A DNA stretch of 34,033 nucleotides. Origin: Octopus sinensis (lineage: Eukaryota). Made by a program: the position numbers and the translations under genes. Of the stretch, positions 1 through 13,220 are shown in pieces (the first letter of the stretch is position 1; each line of letters starts with the position of its first letter). Where the stretch lies: the NCBI RefSeq assembly GCF_006345805.1, contig NW_021831909.1, forward strand, positions 1-34,033. Reading direction: 5' to 3'. A model generated the notes under the pieces. It was not told the DNA's origin and made no database searches. It worked only from the letters and a program-made list of their open reading frames with translations.

Positions 1-47
1 CATATACACGCACTCGTGGCATGCACACACATTACCACTTACGTATG

Positions 48-49
<2 letters not shown>

Positions 50-89
<40 letters not shown>

Positions 90-206
90 ATATAATATAT
101 TTATATATATATATATATAATATATATATAGTATATATGTATATATATATATATGTATATATATGTATGTATATAATATATATACACATATATATTTATA
201 TAGATG

Positions 207-240
<34 letters not shown>

Positions 241-354
241 TGAGTGTATATATACATATAGATGGATTTAGATATAAGAAATATGCATCTATTTAGATGC
301 ATTTATATGTGTGTGTATTTATATATATATATATATACATACATACATACATAC

Positions 355-386
<32 letters not shown>

Positions 387-398
387 GCATATATACGT

Positions 399-450
<52 letters not shown>

Positions 451-478
451 TTGTATATATACGTGTGTGTGTATAATC
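50..478. repeat. (TA)n/(CA)n/(GA)n compound microsatellite; similar tracts at about 10860-11177, 11600-12160, 14440-14760, 15030-16240, 18470-18770, 19500-19900, 20540-21080, 25820-26000 and 33965-34025
   Basis: Visible directly. Confidence 0.95.
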
Positions 479-1105
479 AGATATAGATACATTCTCTTAA
501 TTTACCAGGTTCATTTAACTAAATGATAGTCTGTTTATGAAAACATACTGACAAGTTTCCATTGTTATTATTTAATGAAATAACGAAATTTTGCAAATAT
601 TTGCATATTTTCTGCTGTATTCTTCTCAATTCCATGGAGTGATTTGAAAGGAATTCACTAAATATGAATGCTTTTAATTGTAATCACAAATGCTTTAAAG
701 TTCCTGACGATAAATGCATTTGTGAGTATATGATCATAAATATTCACAATTTTACAAGCATTTAAATAACATACATAATTGGACACCAATTAATTAGCTG
801 AAGTAATGAACTGATATCTCACACCTTGAATGTAGTATTCTCTACATTATGTAAATGGAAACACAAAATATTTCCTGCTAATTTGTTTCAGAACGTGTCT
901 GTTTCTCTCTCTCTTTCCCCCCCCCTCTCTCTCTCTTTCCCTCTCTTTCTGATTCGTCCCTCTGAAACTACCATTATACACATACAAATTTTAAAACATT
1001 TTAAAAGCTGGCATTGGCCAGAATGTATTACATGTCAATAGGGAATTCGATGACTGCGTTCGAAAACACTCAACGGGTAATAAGGATGATAATGTTTATG
1101 ATGAC

Positions 1106-1136
<31 letters not shown>

Positions 1137-1221
1137 CAGTAGTAGTAGTTGTAGTAGTAGTAGTATTAGTAGTAGTAGTAGTAGAAGAAGCAGTAGTAGT
1201 AGTAGTAGTAGTAGTAGTAGT
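1106..1221. repeat. (CAG)n grading into (TAG)n trinucleotide repeat
   Basis: Visible directly. It gives the poly-Leu pseudo-ORF on the minus strand. Confidence 0.95.
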
Positions 1222-1274
1222 TTCCAATTTTGGTACAAAGAAAGCTATTTCGGAGGAGGAGGAAGGTCGTTTAC

Positions 1275-1418
1275 ACCGACGCCAGTAGTCAACACGACCC
1301 TGAAAGGATGGAAGGCGAAGCCGACCTCGGCAGAATTTGAACTCAGAAACTAAAGACAGACCAAATGCCGCTAAGCATTTTGCCCAGAGGGTTAACGATT
1401 CTGCCCGCTCGCCGCCTT
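1275..1418 (-). mobile_element. SINE family A, degenerate 5' portion
   Basis: Reverse complement matches the AAGGCGGCGAGC.GGCAGAA...GAGTTCAAATTC..CCGAGGTCG head of the intact copy at 27951. Confidence 0.8.
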
Positions 1419-1583
1419 AATCATCATAATAATAATGTTAATAATGAGGAATATAAAGGAAATCGTTATAGATGACACAGTAGACCTACGCATGCAAGAC
1501 TACAGGAGTTACAACAAAAACTGGTCGTAACCCGCTATCCACATTATTCCTAGCAGGAATAAGACCGAACTGAGCCAAACCAA

Positions 1584-1633
<50 letters not shown>

Positions 1634-1689
1634 TTTCCTTTACTAAATCATCTACTGACAAATGAAATCGTGTACCATACAAATCAAAA

Positions 1690-2400
1690 ACAGGTCTGTG
1701 CTTTACCAGTGAGATCATTGAGGAATAGTGCTAACCTCTTCGCTGACACTTTGGCCAAAATAATGTAATCTACATTTTTTTAGGAGCCGAAAATTATCCA
1801 TGTGTTTTTCTTCGATCGGGTCCTTTCTCAGTGGTGCCAGCACTCTTCAGCTCACATCAGTAGGAATTCTCCCGTTTTCTGCTGCGAGCTGTGGTTGACA
1901 CCTGCCAAAACTCTATAAACCATATGATTTATCCTACGAGTATCTAGCCACTGCTTCCTGTCTTTTAGTGGCAACTACTGGTCATTCTCAACATTCCACT
2001 TCCGCTTTCAAGAATTGCGGCAGGCCATCGAGGTAGACACTGAAGTCCTTTCTGAAATTCAGTGCTCCAACTATATCGAACAGCACATATCTGCTTGTGA
2101 TTGACTAACAATCACTCATTACAGTCTACGAAAGACCCAATTGTAACTTGTTGCTACACTGCGCCAGTGTCAAACCGGCCAATCGATCGGATTACATTCT
2201 TTCATATCTTACGGTATGTGTCTTAGCTCTGACAACATTGCTTTGGTGTTTCGCATTGAAGTATCTGTCGAGGGCCAATCTCACTGCAAGCACATCGATC
2301 GCGAAGCCATTCCTAAGTGCTTCTTTGAATTGTTTAACCAGATCTCCCACTAACCTAGCTTCCTTTATTCTCCTACTTTGCTAAACTTTATCGTTACTAC
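1690..2400 (-). mobile_element. Decayed L1/Tx1-clade non-LTR retrotransposon ORF2 fragment (pre-RT region and start of RT)
   Basis: Minus-strand translation across frameshifts gives RIKEARLVGDLVKQFKEALRNGFAIDVLAVRLALDRYFNAKHQSNVVRAK, ENGRIP, PLRKDPIEEKHMDNFRLL and NVDYIILAKVSAKRLALFLNDLTGKAQTC. These match the L1/Tx1 RT-start pattern K..D....NYRPISLLN.DYKILAK.LA.RL......I...QT. Stops and frameshifts are present. Confidence 0.8.
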
Positions 2401-3094
2401 TTTAAACACGAATTTCCTGATGATGCTTCATTGTTCGCTTTATGAATTCTTTTTTATGTCTAGTGTGGGTCTAAATTGGGCTTATGCTTATCTTTGATGT
2501 GGTGTTTGTATTTATATTTGAGGTATTGCTGCAGTTGATGCTGGCATTGCATTGTGTGGTTGTCTCATATCTTCAAATCTCACAAAATTTTGAGGGCAGA
2601 ATTGTTTCACTCCCTTTTTTCCCCCATTTCCTGACTGACTGCCACAACGGCTTGGAAATCGCATCTCAACGATGCTCAACGCTTTCCTAATAACATCTTT
2701 CATTGAACATACTTCTCAATCTGATTTTATGTCGCTTAATCCATTTTTCTGGGCTTCAGCCATACGCACTAACGTATTATATTTTTTCTATGCGTATATC
2801 TTCCTAGATCTGAGACATGCTTAAAAGTACTGACCTACCACTTAGGAAATTTTTGGCAATTTTTAAAAACTGGGAAATTGAGAAATTGTTTTTAACAAAC
2901 ACTAGCAAGTGAAATCCTAAACCATTGATTTGTTACTAGCTACGATATTAGTGTTATATATGGCGTCGGTGTGACGATGGCGGTGGGAGCTGCTGCTGCT
3001 GCTGCTGGTGGCTGTTTTGTTCTTGGCGGTGGTTATAGTATTAGTATTTATATCGCTGTTGTTAATTCCTTTATTACTGTCATTCTCATTTCTC

Positions 3095-3503
3095 TTTTCT
3101 TTTCTCTTTTACTTGTTTCAGTCATTTGACTGCGGCCATGCTGGAGCACCGCTTTTAGTCGAGCAACTCGACCCCGGGACTTATTCTTTTTAAGCCTAGT
3201 ACTTATTCTATCGGTCTCTTTTGCCGAACCGCTAAGTGACGGGGACGTAAACACACCAGCATCGGTTGCCAAGCAATGCTAGGGAGACAAATACAGACAC
3301 ACAAACACACACACATACATATATATATATACATATATACGACGGGCTTCTTTCAGTTTCCGTCTACCAAATCCACTCACAAGGCATTGGTCTGCTGCAG
3401 GCTATAGTAGAAGACACTTGCCCAAGATGCCACGCAGTGGGACTGAACCCGGAATCATGTGGTTGGTTAGCAAGCTACTTACCACACAGCCACTCCTGCG
3501 CCT
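3095..3503 (-). mobile_element. SINE family B (tRNA-derived, internal TA/TG microsatellite), full length
   Basis: Reverse-complement head AGGCGCAGGAGTGGCTGTGTGG (A box)...GGGTTCAGTCCC (B box), then TTGGGCAAGTGTCTTCTACTATAGCC. Ends in GTCAAATGACTGAAACAAGTAAAAGAG with a simple-repeat tail. Collinear with the copies at 17343 and 21536. Confidence 0.9.
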
Positions 3504-4132
3504 ATCATTATCAGTATTATTGTTGTCGTCGTGGTTGTTGTTACCGTGATCGTCATCGCTCTTGCTACCATTGCCGCTATTTATTGCAATGGCAGCGATG
3601 ACGGTAATGGCGGTGTTATTGTTGCCGTATATTATTTCGTTTTTGTTACTATTGTTCTTGTTTTTACTGTTGTTGTCGTCGCCACCTGTTGTTGCAGCGA
3701 CAGAGCTGGTAATGGAAGTGGTGCCTTGGCTTATGGCCATTAAGATCAAAAAGGCAGTATCAGGTTTACTTTTTCAAACAGTATTTTCCTCCCTGGTGTC
3801 TCACGTCAAAGATTTCGACGCCACGTTTTGAGCTTTAAGCAAATGATTAAGTTCCAGAGAAAATTAACAAATACTCTCCGGAAAAGGCCAAAACTAATGG
3901 AACTGATAAGTTCCTCAGGATCCTGGTCAATTTAAAGCAAAGCAGTTGAAAAAGCTTAATGGTAGGCGTTTTAAAATGCAGTTAACGAATAACAAAATTA
4001 CGATCAATAGAAAGAGGCTTCTGTAAGGGGACATAACCCACTGGAAAATTACACAGCAATAAATATAATAAAGTATAGTATACCACAAAATATTGGTTTC
4101 TAATTTTGCCGCAACGACAGCCATTTTGAACG

Positions 4133-4452
4133 AGGGGATAAGTCGATTACATCGACGCCATTGTTTCACTGGTACTTAATTTATGGATTCCGAAAGGATG
4201 AAAGGCAAAGTCGATCTCGGTGGAGTTTGAACTCAGAAATTAGCGACGGGCGAATTACTGCTAAGCATTTCGTCCAGCACGCTAACGAATCTGCCAGCTC
4301 GCCGCCTTAAATATAGCACAAAATAATTTTGGAGGCCTGAAATTTTGGAGGACGCGGTTAGTCGATTGGATCGACCCAAGTCGACCTCGGTGGAATTTAA
4401 ACTCAGAACGTCGCTAAGTATTTCGTCCAACGATTTTGCCAGCTCGTCGCCA
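4133..4452 (-). mobile_element. Two adjacent SINE family A copies (4133-4308 and an internally deleted copy at 4325-4452)
   Basis: Both end on + in CTGCCAGCTCG.CGCC, the reverse complement of the family A head. The second lacks three internal blocks relative to the 27951 copy. Confidence 0.85.
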
Positions 4453-4699
4453 TATTTATAGCACTAAAATAATGAAAGCAAGATATGATTGAATAGAAAA
4501 ACATTTAGGGTCCGCGCCTATGCACGGGAGTGAAACCAGTAGCTGGGCCAAGTTAGAGTACCTCACATCTTTACTCGTCCGCCATTGCTCGTACTGCTCT
4601 CCTGTGCCATCGAAGGTACCCATTATCAAAAGCTGAGGATAGATAACAATCCACCTTTTCCGGATACATCTTCCTTAGTTCGTTATAAAAAGAAAATAA

Positions 4700-4929
4700 A
4701 TGCGCCAAGACTCATGGGCCCGGTTTACCGGTTTCAATGGCGTATGCATTCCCCAGCTGGACGGGACGCCAGTCCATCGCAGCGTTACTCATTTTTGCCA
4801 GCTGAGTGGACTGGAGCAACGTGAAATGAAGTGTTTTGCTCAAGAACACAACGCGTCACCCGGTCCAGGAATCGAAACCATCTTACGATCATGATGCCGA
4901 TACCCTAACCACTAAGCCACGCGCCTCCA
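4700..4929 (-). mobile_element. SINE family C (tRNA-Arg-like head)
   Basis: Reverse complement TGGAGGCGCGTGGCTTAGTGG (A box)...GGTTTCGATTCC (B-like box), followed by GTGTTCTTGAGCAAAACACTTCATTTCACGTTGCTCCAG, which is shared with 28246-28290. The left boundary is approximate. Confidence 0.8.
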
Positions 4930-5737
4930 CCTTAGTTTGTTATAGTATTCTAATAAAATTTTGTACCAATTTCTCTTCTTCGAATGTTTCTTATATTCCA
5001 AACCCCAGCTGCGCCTGAGTAATCAATGCAAACGTGGAATACTCCTTTTCTCACAGATATGTGATTCGGCCTATTAGTCTCTGTTTTTTTGAGGACTAGT
5101 GCATCATAATTTTTGAGGTCCAGTGCATCATAATTCCTCGTCTCCTCGTCTTTACCTTCCTTATTATTCTAAGAAGGGGCAACACGGTTGTTTTAATTTT
5201 ATGTTCCTGACAATTCCGAGATAGACTCATAGTCTTCAGGATCCACCAAGTTTTGCTTGTCCATGCAGTCACTCTCCGATCATATGTCTTTGGGGGCCAT
5301 CTGCACGTCCACTATTTTCACCTTGCCTTCTCTGCCGCAATAGTGACGATGACCGTTTAAATATAAAAAGGAGAAAGCAAAGTCTTCAGTGTATGTGGTT
5401 TGTGGGGTCGACCGCATCCTCATTGTTTCATACGCTTCATCTCATTCGATAGCCTGACCCCAATGTTTGTTTTGTCTGTCCTCGTATCGTCCCCTATTTT
5501 TCTCAACCTCATGGTTAATAAAGAAATTGACTGAAGTTATAACCTTGGCTCCGGAGTTTTAAACTGGGATCCATATAAACCTCCTCGATATGATTTGAAA
5601 CAGAACAATTTCGTTTCTTTTCTTTTTTTTTACTCCATCTTCGATGAAATCTTCAGGAAGATGACAGTCCTTGTGAGATACCTCACATTTTTTTTATTTC
5701 CTAGAAATCGACCTTGCCCTACATTCGCCCATATTTC

Positions 5738-5862
5738 TCTCACTCTCTCTCTCTCTCTCTTTCTCTCTCTCCATCTCTCTCTTTCTCTCTCTCCCCCTCT
5801 CTCTCTATCTCTCTCTTTCTCTCTCTCTCCCTCTCTCCCCTTCGCTCCCCCCCCTCTCTCTC
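5738..5862. repeat. (CT)n polypyrimidine microsatellite; similar tracts at about 8008-8095 and 10005-10110
   Basis: Visible directly. Confidence 0.93.
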
Positions 5863-6435
5863 TGACTCGCAACTATTTTTATCGTTGCATTCAGTATTCA
5901 ACTTCTGGCGGTTGCTGCTTATGAGCGATGAAGTATCAAAGTCGTGTCTTTAGAAGCGTCTGTTTGGGGAACTGTCATTTACGTCTGTGTATTTTTTAAA
6001 CCGTAATTGTCTGCGCTCGTGTGTTTCTTGTTTAAGTGTCATCATCTGTTTATGTTTATCATCTTTTTTTAAACTGTATTTCACTTTGAAATTTGTCATT
6101 GAAATTCATGGGGGAAGATTTATAGCTATCACGTTTGCGCTTGGCATCTGTTACTGCTGTACCAAAAGACGTAACCATATTAAATTACTTGTAAACAATG
6201 TTGACTGAAATATAAAAATGTTCAAAATTCTCCAAGAACAAGTCGTATTTTTCTGCCCAAAAGTAAACAAGAGAGACCGTCTGACGTTTCGAACTCCCAT
6301 GTTGGCATAATGCAAAACCAAAAACAAAAACGAAAAAAGACTTGTATTAGTGAAATGTAGAAGCCAGAACTTCTACTGTTCTGTGCCAAATATGTGCCAA
6401 ATTCACCGTAAATCACAATTGCATTTATCAAATTT

Positions 6436-6718
6436 CTACTATAGGCAAAAGGCCTGAAATTTTGAGCGGAGGATGTTAGTCAATGTCGAATACATCAACC
6501 TTCACCGGTTAATAATAATAGCAATCTTTTCTACTATCGGCACATGGCCTGAAATTCTTTGAGAAGGGTCTAGTTAAATACGTCGAACTCGGTTCTCGAC
6601 AACCGAAAAGATGAAAAGCTAAGTCGATCTCGGCGGTATGGAAAGACAAAAGTAAAGACGGACTAAATGTCACTAAACATTTTGTCCGGCGTGTTAACGA
6701 TTCTGCTAGAACACCATC

Positions 6719-6720
<2 letters not shown>
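6436..6720 (-). mobile_element. Degenerate SINE family A copy plus an extra tail fragment
   Basis: The tail motif TTCTACTAT.GGCA.A.GGCCTGAAATT occurs twice (about 6436 and 6530). The head remnant AACGATTCTGC...CATCTT ends at about 6720. Confidence 0.7.
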
Positions 6721-6777
<57 letters not shown>

Positions 6778-7599
6778 TAAACATGCGTGTGCATGTTTGT
6801 GTGAGTGCGATAGTGTTTCTATCGACGAGATGTTGGAGAATTGAATCAACGATTCAAACAAAAGCAATACTGAGTAATTTTGTTAAATATCTTTGTCAAA
6901 ATGATTTAGTCCTTCTAGTTATGGATTTAACCAAGTATCCTAAGCTAACGTAATCAAGAACAATCCTTGAAAGTCGTGCCCTCGTTTGGACGCAGATCAA
7001 ATACGGGAATGCCTGATATTCTGACACAGCAGAATACATGTTTGATATATATATAGGGTTACTAAGGTGGCACATATATTTGAACATCTGTTGAAACGCA
7101 CGAATTAGAAGGAAATATTTCTGACAGCTATATCACAAGACCAAACTAAATAGTCTATCTGCGTTAGAATTTGAGAGCCATAATTTTCTTGCTGAACAGG
7201 AAATCTATAAAGCTATCGATAACACCTCTTAAGTGAATATATTTCTAGTTAGATTTAACATCTGTCAGACGCCAAATAACCGGACTTTAAATTCGTTTTC
7301 AATAAAATTAGCAAATATAATTCTACCATTGAAAGCTGAGACAAGATACTAAGATAATGACATCAGCGACAGATAATTAATAAAAGTCTTGCTTAATTGT
7401 ATGTCCTTACTCCGAACTAAATTACTGAAATTATCCAGAAATATTACTGACTAGGTGCTTAATTGACTGAAATGAAGATTTCATATGTGACAAAATTCAA
7501 TATATTTTCAGTAACTGAGCTGTGTTGTTGCTTAGCTATTATTTCCCGTATTCTGATCGTCGAGTTATTTCCCCTAGTGAAATACTCTGTTACTGAAAG

Positions 7600-7960
7600 C
7601 AAAAGAGAGAATGGTCACGGTTAGAACACCTTCGTGAATCTCAGATATATCTTTCAAACACGTGATGGTCATGACTGGAACGTCTTTGATAACAGAGTTG
7701 TTCGATCAAGAGCCATCTTGGGGTTAAACGACAGTAGCGGCTTCTCAAGATAAGCAGAAACAGGTGTTACCAACTGAGTCACAAGACAGCATCTATGCAA
7801 TGAGTTGACCTACCAGAAATATCAGTCAAGTCTCACTCACTTCACGTTGTTAGAAAAGGAAGACATCAGATGAGAAAGTATTCGATATGCAAGACTGAGT
7901 GGTCACGCTTGAGATGACTTCAATCCTAGTTCTTCTCTCGACGATCAAGGTTGATTCGCT
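7600..7960 (+). repeat. Old interspersed-repeat remnants (putative fifth SINE family)
   Basis: Three degenerate copies of a TGGTCAYG.YT.GA motif (about 7612, 7665, 7900). AGAAATATCAGTCAAGTCTCACTCA (about 7815) resembles the reverse complement of about 10730-10761. Highly diverged. Confidence 0.35.
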
Positions 7961-8039
7961 TGTAAGCTTTAGTAATATGCCATGTCATGAAACCCATTTC
8001 TAACTCATTCTTTCTCTCTCTCTATCTCTCTGTCTTTCA

Positions 8040-8074
<35 letters not shown>

Positions 8075-8349
8075 TTCTCTTTCTTTCTCGGCTCTCACAG
8101 ACATCTACTTGCGAGTTCACGAGTGAAAAATTAAGCAGGTAATAACACGTAAGGTGCAGAATTGCTGTTATATTGTTATATTGTTAGATTCTTTACATAT
8201 GCGTGATATACTGGTTGACTTAATAACTGAAGTAAAATGAGTGCATATGAAAATCAAAAATGTATCGCGATATCTCCATGGCCAGTTACGATGAAATACT
8301 CATTTCAAATTTTGACACAAGGGCAGTAATTTTTTTTTTTGTTTTACAT

Positions 8350-8478
8350 TTTTGACCCAGAAGGGATGAAGGGAAAAGTCGATCTCGTTGGAATTTGAAT
8401 TCAGAACGTAAAAACAGACCAAAATTCCGTTGAGCATTTCGCCCACCGTGCAAACGATTCTTCCAACTCACCACCATT
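8350..8478 (-). mobile_element. Degenerate SINE family A 5' portion
   Basis: GGATGAAGGGAAAAGTCGATCTCG..GGAATTTGAATTCAGAACGT...AACGATTC aligns to the family A reverse complement. Confidence 0.75.
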
Positions 8479-9089
8479 AACGCTAAAATATTGAAATCTT
8501 GTTTGGGTGGTTTACTCATGGATATGGAAGGGCTTTCAAAAAAAAAACAAAGACATACTAGCTTGCATAAAGTTATTGAAGTTGTAACTGTCTAATTGAA
8601 TTTCTGTTTACGGTTTCTGTGGTGCCAACTGTAAAATGGTACACTAAAAGACATCATAGTCAAGATAACTATGGAAAATGCATGTCGACGATATAGATTT
8701 TTAACATTTTCTGCTGGTTAAAAAAATAAAGATCCCATGACCTTTTTCAGTGCTGCTGGGATTGGTGGAAATTAAGGAAGTTAACATGTGACTTGAAACC
8801 TGGCTCGGATGCTTACAAGAGAGTGAACTTCTCTGAAGACATTCATGATTCTGAGAGTGATGTTGAACTGAGCGACTGTGTAACTTTACCACACAAAGGC
8901 AGGAACTGTTTATCTGACAGTCATTGAAGAATCGTCCGTTTATGAAATTTAACCCCCAAATCATTAAGTCCACCCGAAGCAATGATATAACTCCCAGTGA
9001 CAACCTCGAAACTCTGCAGTTTACGAAACGAACGTTTTAACTACACTATTATAGTTATACCTTCATAACCACGGTCTTATATTATATAT

Positions 9090-9320
9090 ATTTCTTTACT
9101 ACCCACAAGGGGCCAAACACAGAGGGGACAAACAAGGACAGACAAACGGATTAAGTCGATTACATCGACCCCAGTGCGTAACTGGTACTTAATTTATCGA
9201 TCCCGAAAGGATGAAAGGCAAAGTCGACCTCGGTGGAATTTGAACACAGAACGTAACGGCAGACGAAATACGGCTACGCATTTCGCCCGGCGTGCTAACG
9301 ATTCTGCCAGCTCGCCGCCC
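9090..9320 (-). mobile_element. SINE family A, full length, young
   Basis: Near-identical reverse complement of 27951-28183 from head to the TAAAGAAATA tail. Confidence 0.92.
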
Positions 9321-11005
9321 TACGGTCTTATATTATTATAGCTTCGAGACCAAAGCTGTGCTACGAAGCGAACTTTCGTCAATCCATAGCCATGAATGTG
9401 CCTTCTTCATCATACTGACATATCTGTCTAGACACTATAATATATTCAGAATGCACTTCTCAGTCTCGCCTTATTTAGTTAAACTAAGCAACTATTTTTA
9501 CAGACTTCCTCGCTACACTGACGTGTCTCAAAAGCTGTCACTCCACCTCTTTCGTACAAACAATTGAATGAATTATCTGTAATAAGGTGCCAGATTTATG
9601 ATACTGTTTTCATAGTAAGACAACATAACATTCCTAAACTTCTAAATTCTTGCGTAGAATTTTCTTCCCGCTATTATTGCTTTTTACGTTTTTATCTTAT
9701 TTATTTTTACCAAATTCTCACGGATGAGAACACAATGAACCTGAACAGATAACTACCATGTACCATAGAAAATAAAGATCATGTTTAAAAGATAGTGGGA
9801 AAATCTTCCTCCATAAATATATCCCAAGCTGCAGTTATCTATTCATACATAATAGATCCCCATAATATCATATTCAAGTCATTCTGCTTTTTCGCTCTTA
9901 TAATCGTTAATCGTTTCTTTCAGAAAGCATGCCTCTATCTTAGGAATACACATACACATAAAAAGACCAACAAATATATTATATATGGAGATTTAAGCAA
10001 ACCGTTTTTCCTCTCTCTCTCTCTCACTCACTCGCTCACTCACACTCTCTTTCTGTGCGTCTGTTTGTCTGTATTTCTCTCTCTCCCCCCTCTTTCTCTC
10101 TCCCTCTCGCTCTCTCTCTCTCTTTCTCTGAAAATATATTCTTTTGTGGATTATGAAGGATATCGATTTTCAATGTTTTTCTTTTCTTCTTATAAGAGTT
10201 TTTTTTTTTTGCTACCTCCGAAGAAAGAAATTTATTTATTTGTGAGAATAAAGATATAGCTGACTTGAAATTTAATTATAAGGAATACAAAAAAAAAAAA
10301 AACGTGTAGTAAGAGTAAAATCCTCGACCAGAAAGTTTCGGTAGATCATGAACGCTGCAAGAAGATTGTAATCTTGGCATGGATTGTATTGGCTAAAATT
10401 GTCTCTAACTCAAATGCGCTGATAATTTAATTATCTATCCATAATGAAACAAACAATCGCTGCCGTTTCCTATTCTCTTCGTTTTTACAGAGAAAGCAAA
10501 ACATTTCTATTCTTTTCTAACAGTTATTTCTAAAAATTCAAATGTAAATTTGTTGTTGTTGTTGTTGTTGCTGCCGCAGTTGTTGCTGTCGTTCGTCACT
10601 GGGTCGCTCACCAATGAAGACACAAAAAAGCAAAGACATTAAAAAAAAAAAAAACCTGACCGTTTGCATTTTTCGGTAATAATTCTCGTGCATATGAAAT
10701 ATGCAGTTTTATAAGAGAGTAAATCGTGTGATTTGAGGGTGATGTGGCTGTTATTTCTAGAAACTTAAGCGATCAAGTACAGGCAGCTCTGTAGACACGA
10801 TATTAGATTAGTTGTCAAACACAATATCCTTAGCTAAAATAATTGTTCTCAAAATTATACAATTATAAATACAAACACACACACACATGCTTATATACAT
10901 ATATATACGTATATACATATATATACTTATACACACATATATGCATATTATTATGTATATATGTATGTAGGTACACGTATGTAGGTATTCATATATGTAT
11001 AAATA

Positions 11006-11081
<76 letters not shown>

Positions 11082-11418
11082 TGCATACGCACACACATAT
11101 ACATACATATACATATATGTGTGAGTATTTACGAATGCATGCATGTATGTATGTATGTATGTATGTATGTATGTATAGGGGATGATCAGCTGCTCACATA
11201 GGGCAATAATTTACAAAGCCGTTAGCGTATTCTCACACAGCATCCGGTAACTTCAAACATTTTTATGCATGTCTTCTAAGACATAAATAATATCTTTTGA
11301 AAAATGAAAACTCTTGACGTATTCTTCAAACAATTCATAGTAATATAAATGATGAAAATAATAATAATAATACGAATATTAATGATGATGACATTGATGC
11401 TGATGATGATGATGATGA

Positions 11419-11456
<38 letters not shown>

Positions 11457-12080
11457 TAATAATAATAATAATAATAATAATATAATAATAATAATATCGC
11501 TGGAACATTTTATAATAAAATGGAATTTATTGATCCAAAAGAGTAGAGAGATATATTCAATACAAAGTGATAAGATTTTACCAATTGTTAATGCTTTGAC
11601 GCTATATATATATGTATATTATATATATATATATATAATATAATATATGTATATATATATTATATATATATATATAATAATATATATATATATATATATA
11701 CCAATATGTATATTTAATATATACAGATATACAAATATATATTTGTGTATATAGGAATTATATGCATATGATATATATATATGTGTGTGTGTACACATAT
11801 ATGAACATATATATTTATGTATATATGTAATAATATCTATCTGTATAGATACATAAATGTATTAGCACACATCCATAGGCAGAAACATGCACTTACATAT
11901 AAAGTATGTGTTAATATATGTGTATAGATACATACATATATATATATTATATATATATATATAATATATATGCATGTATATATAATATATATATGTGTAT
12001 AATAAATGTAGTACATAAATATATTATAGATATATCTTATTTATATATACTATATTAAATATATATATATATATACATAC

Positions 12081-12136
<56 letters not shown>

Positions 12137-12244
12137 TATATATAATTATATATATATATATGTAGAACATGGGGAACTCTCCTTGAAGTTATGCAGTAAT
12201 TGTTTGACAAACTTATTATGAGAGGAGTAAGAATTGTGATAATC

Positions 12245-12277
<33 letters not shown>

Positions 12278-12589
12278 TAATTAATAATAATAATAATATA
12301 ATAATAATAATAATAATAGATTGTACCTATGGGTGCTGCTCGAATCCCATGGAAAACGTTCTCAATTTGAAAATAATTGATTTTCCTCAAAGCTCCTTCA
12401 AAATTGAAATATTACAAATTAAATTTAGTCTTATAAGTCAGATTCCAGTCTCCCGTAAAATATATCATTGCTAATGATTAAGAACACCCAGAGTAAAACG
12501 ATCGACTCCATGTTACTTGCGGTCCCCGTGTGAGACCTGCAACACACCTCGTATAAAAGAAAGCAACAGTAACGTAAACGATATTGATA

Positions 12590-12667
12590 TTAATAATAAT
12601 AATAATATTAATAATATTAATAATAATAATAATAATATTAATGATAATAATAATAATAATAATAATA

Positions 12668-12748
<81 letters not shown>
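12590..12748. repeat. (AAT)n array; similar tracts at about 1585-1631, 6721-6777, 11345-11495, 12240-12320 and 28960-29215
   Basis: Visible directly. Confidence 0.95.
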
Positions 12749-13220
12749 GCAGTGTTTTTATTAAAATCGTCAGACATATGTAATTAAAATTAATGTTTAT
12801 AATAGACAAAAAGTGTGGCTGATCTGCTGAGTTTCGTTCTTTCAAAAACTGAAATGAAAGAAGGTCAGTATGACCGCCGTTATACATGTAGTGTTGCGGC
12901 ACTTCACATTTGATATAAATGAGTGTGTGTGCGTGAGTGTATACACATGTATATTCATATATATATACACATGCATATTCATATATATGTGTGTGTGTGT
13001 TTGTATGTATGTATATCGTTATGTGTATTTATATATGTGTCTGTATATCTATATTACTCAAGTTTTCAAACTGTCCACTTAAAAATGTTAGTAATTGAAC
13101 CCATTTTGTCTCGTATTAGTCTCATTACTTACAAAAATTCTAACAATTTTTTATACATGAAACTTTTGGTACAGTTGTTAATATACAAATACAGATGTAC
13201 ATGTGTGTGCATGCGTGTCA

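Noticed and set aside
2484-2780. Possible piggyBac-like C-terminus (FVRFEDMRQPH) on minus
   Set aside because: No Cys-rich finger, TIR or TTAA-bounded end could be supported.
5088-5135. Two-copy 24-bp tandem repeat that might suggest a CRISPR-like array
   Set aside because: Only two adjacent copies with no spacer, in a eukaryotic context; a simple local duplication.
5150-5560. Possible LINE RT remnant on minus (NLVDPEDYESIS resembling DPxNYRPIS)
   Set aside because: A single weak motif with no supporting flanking motifs.
5925-5965. GCGATGAAG...GAAGCGTC, resembling a second hammerhead / PLE end
   Set aside because: The core is broken at both boxes and no stem II is formed; too degenerate to call.
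8701-9003. 100-aa minus-strand ORF, and other 60-110 aa non-repeat ORFs (for example 32588-32920, 28414-28725, 9292-9567)
   Set aside because: No recognisable domain, no coherent splice-site and phase pairing with the gene, and several overlap SINEs.
11600-12160. Irregular TT/AA interruptions in (TA)n tracts as a possible coded pattern
   Set aside because: Consistent with slippage or with sequencing and consensus errors in dinucleotide runs; no periodic signal seen.
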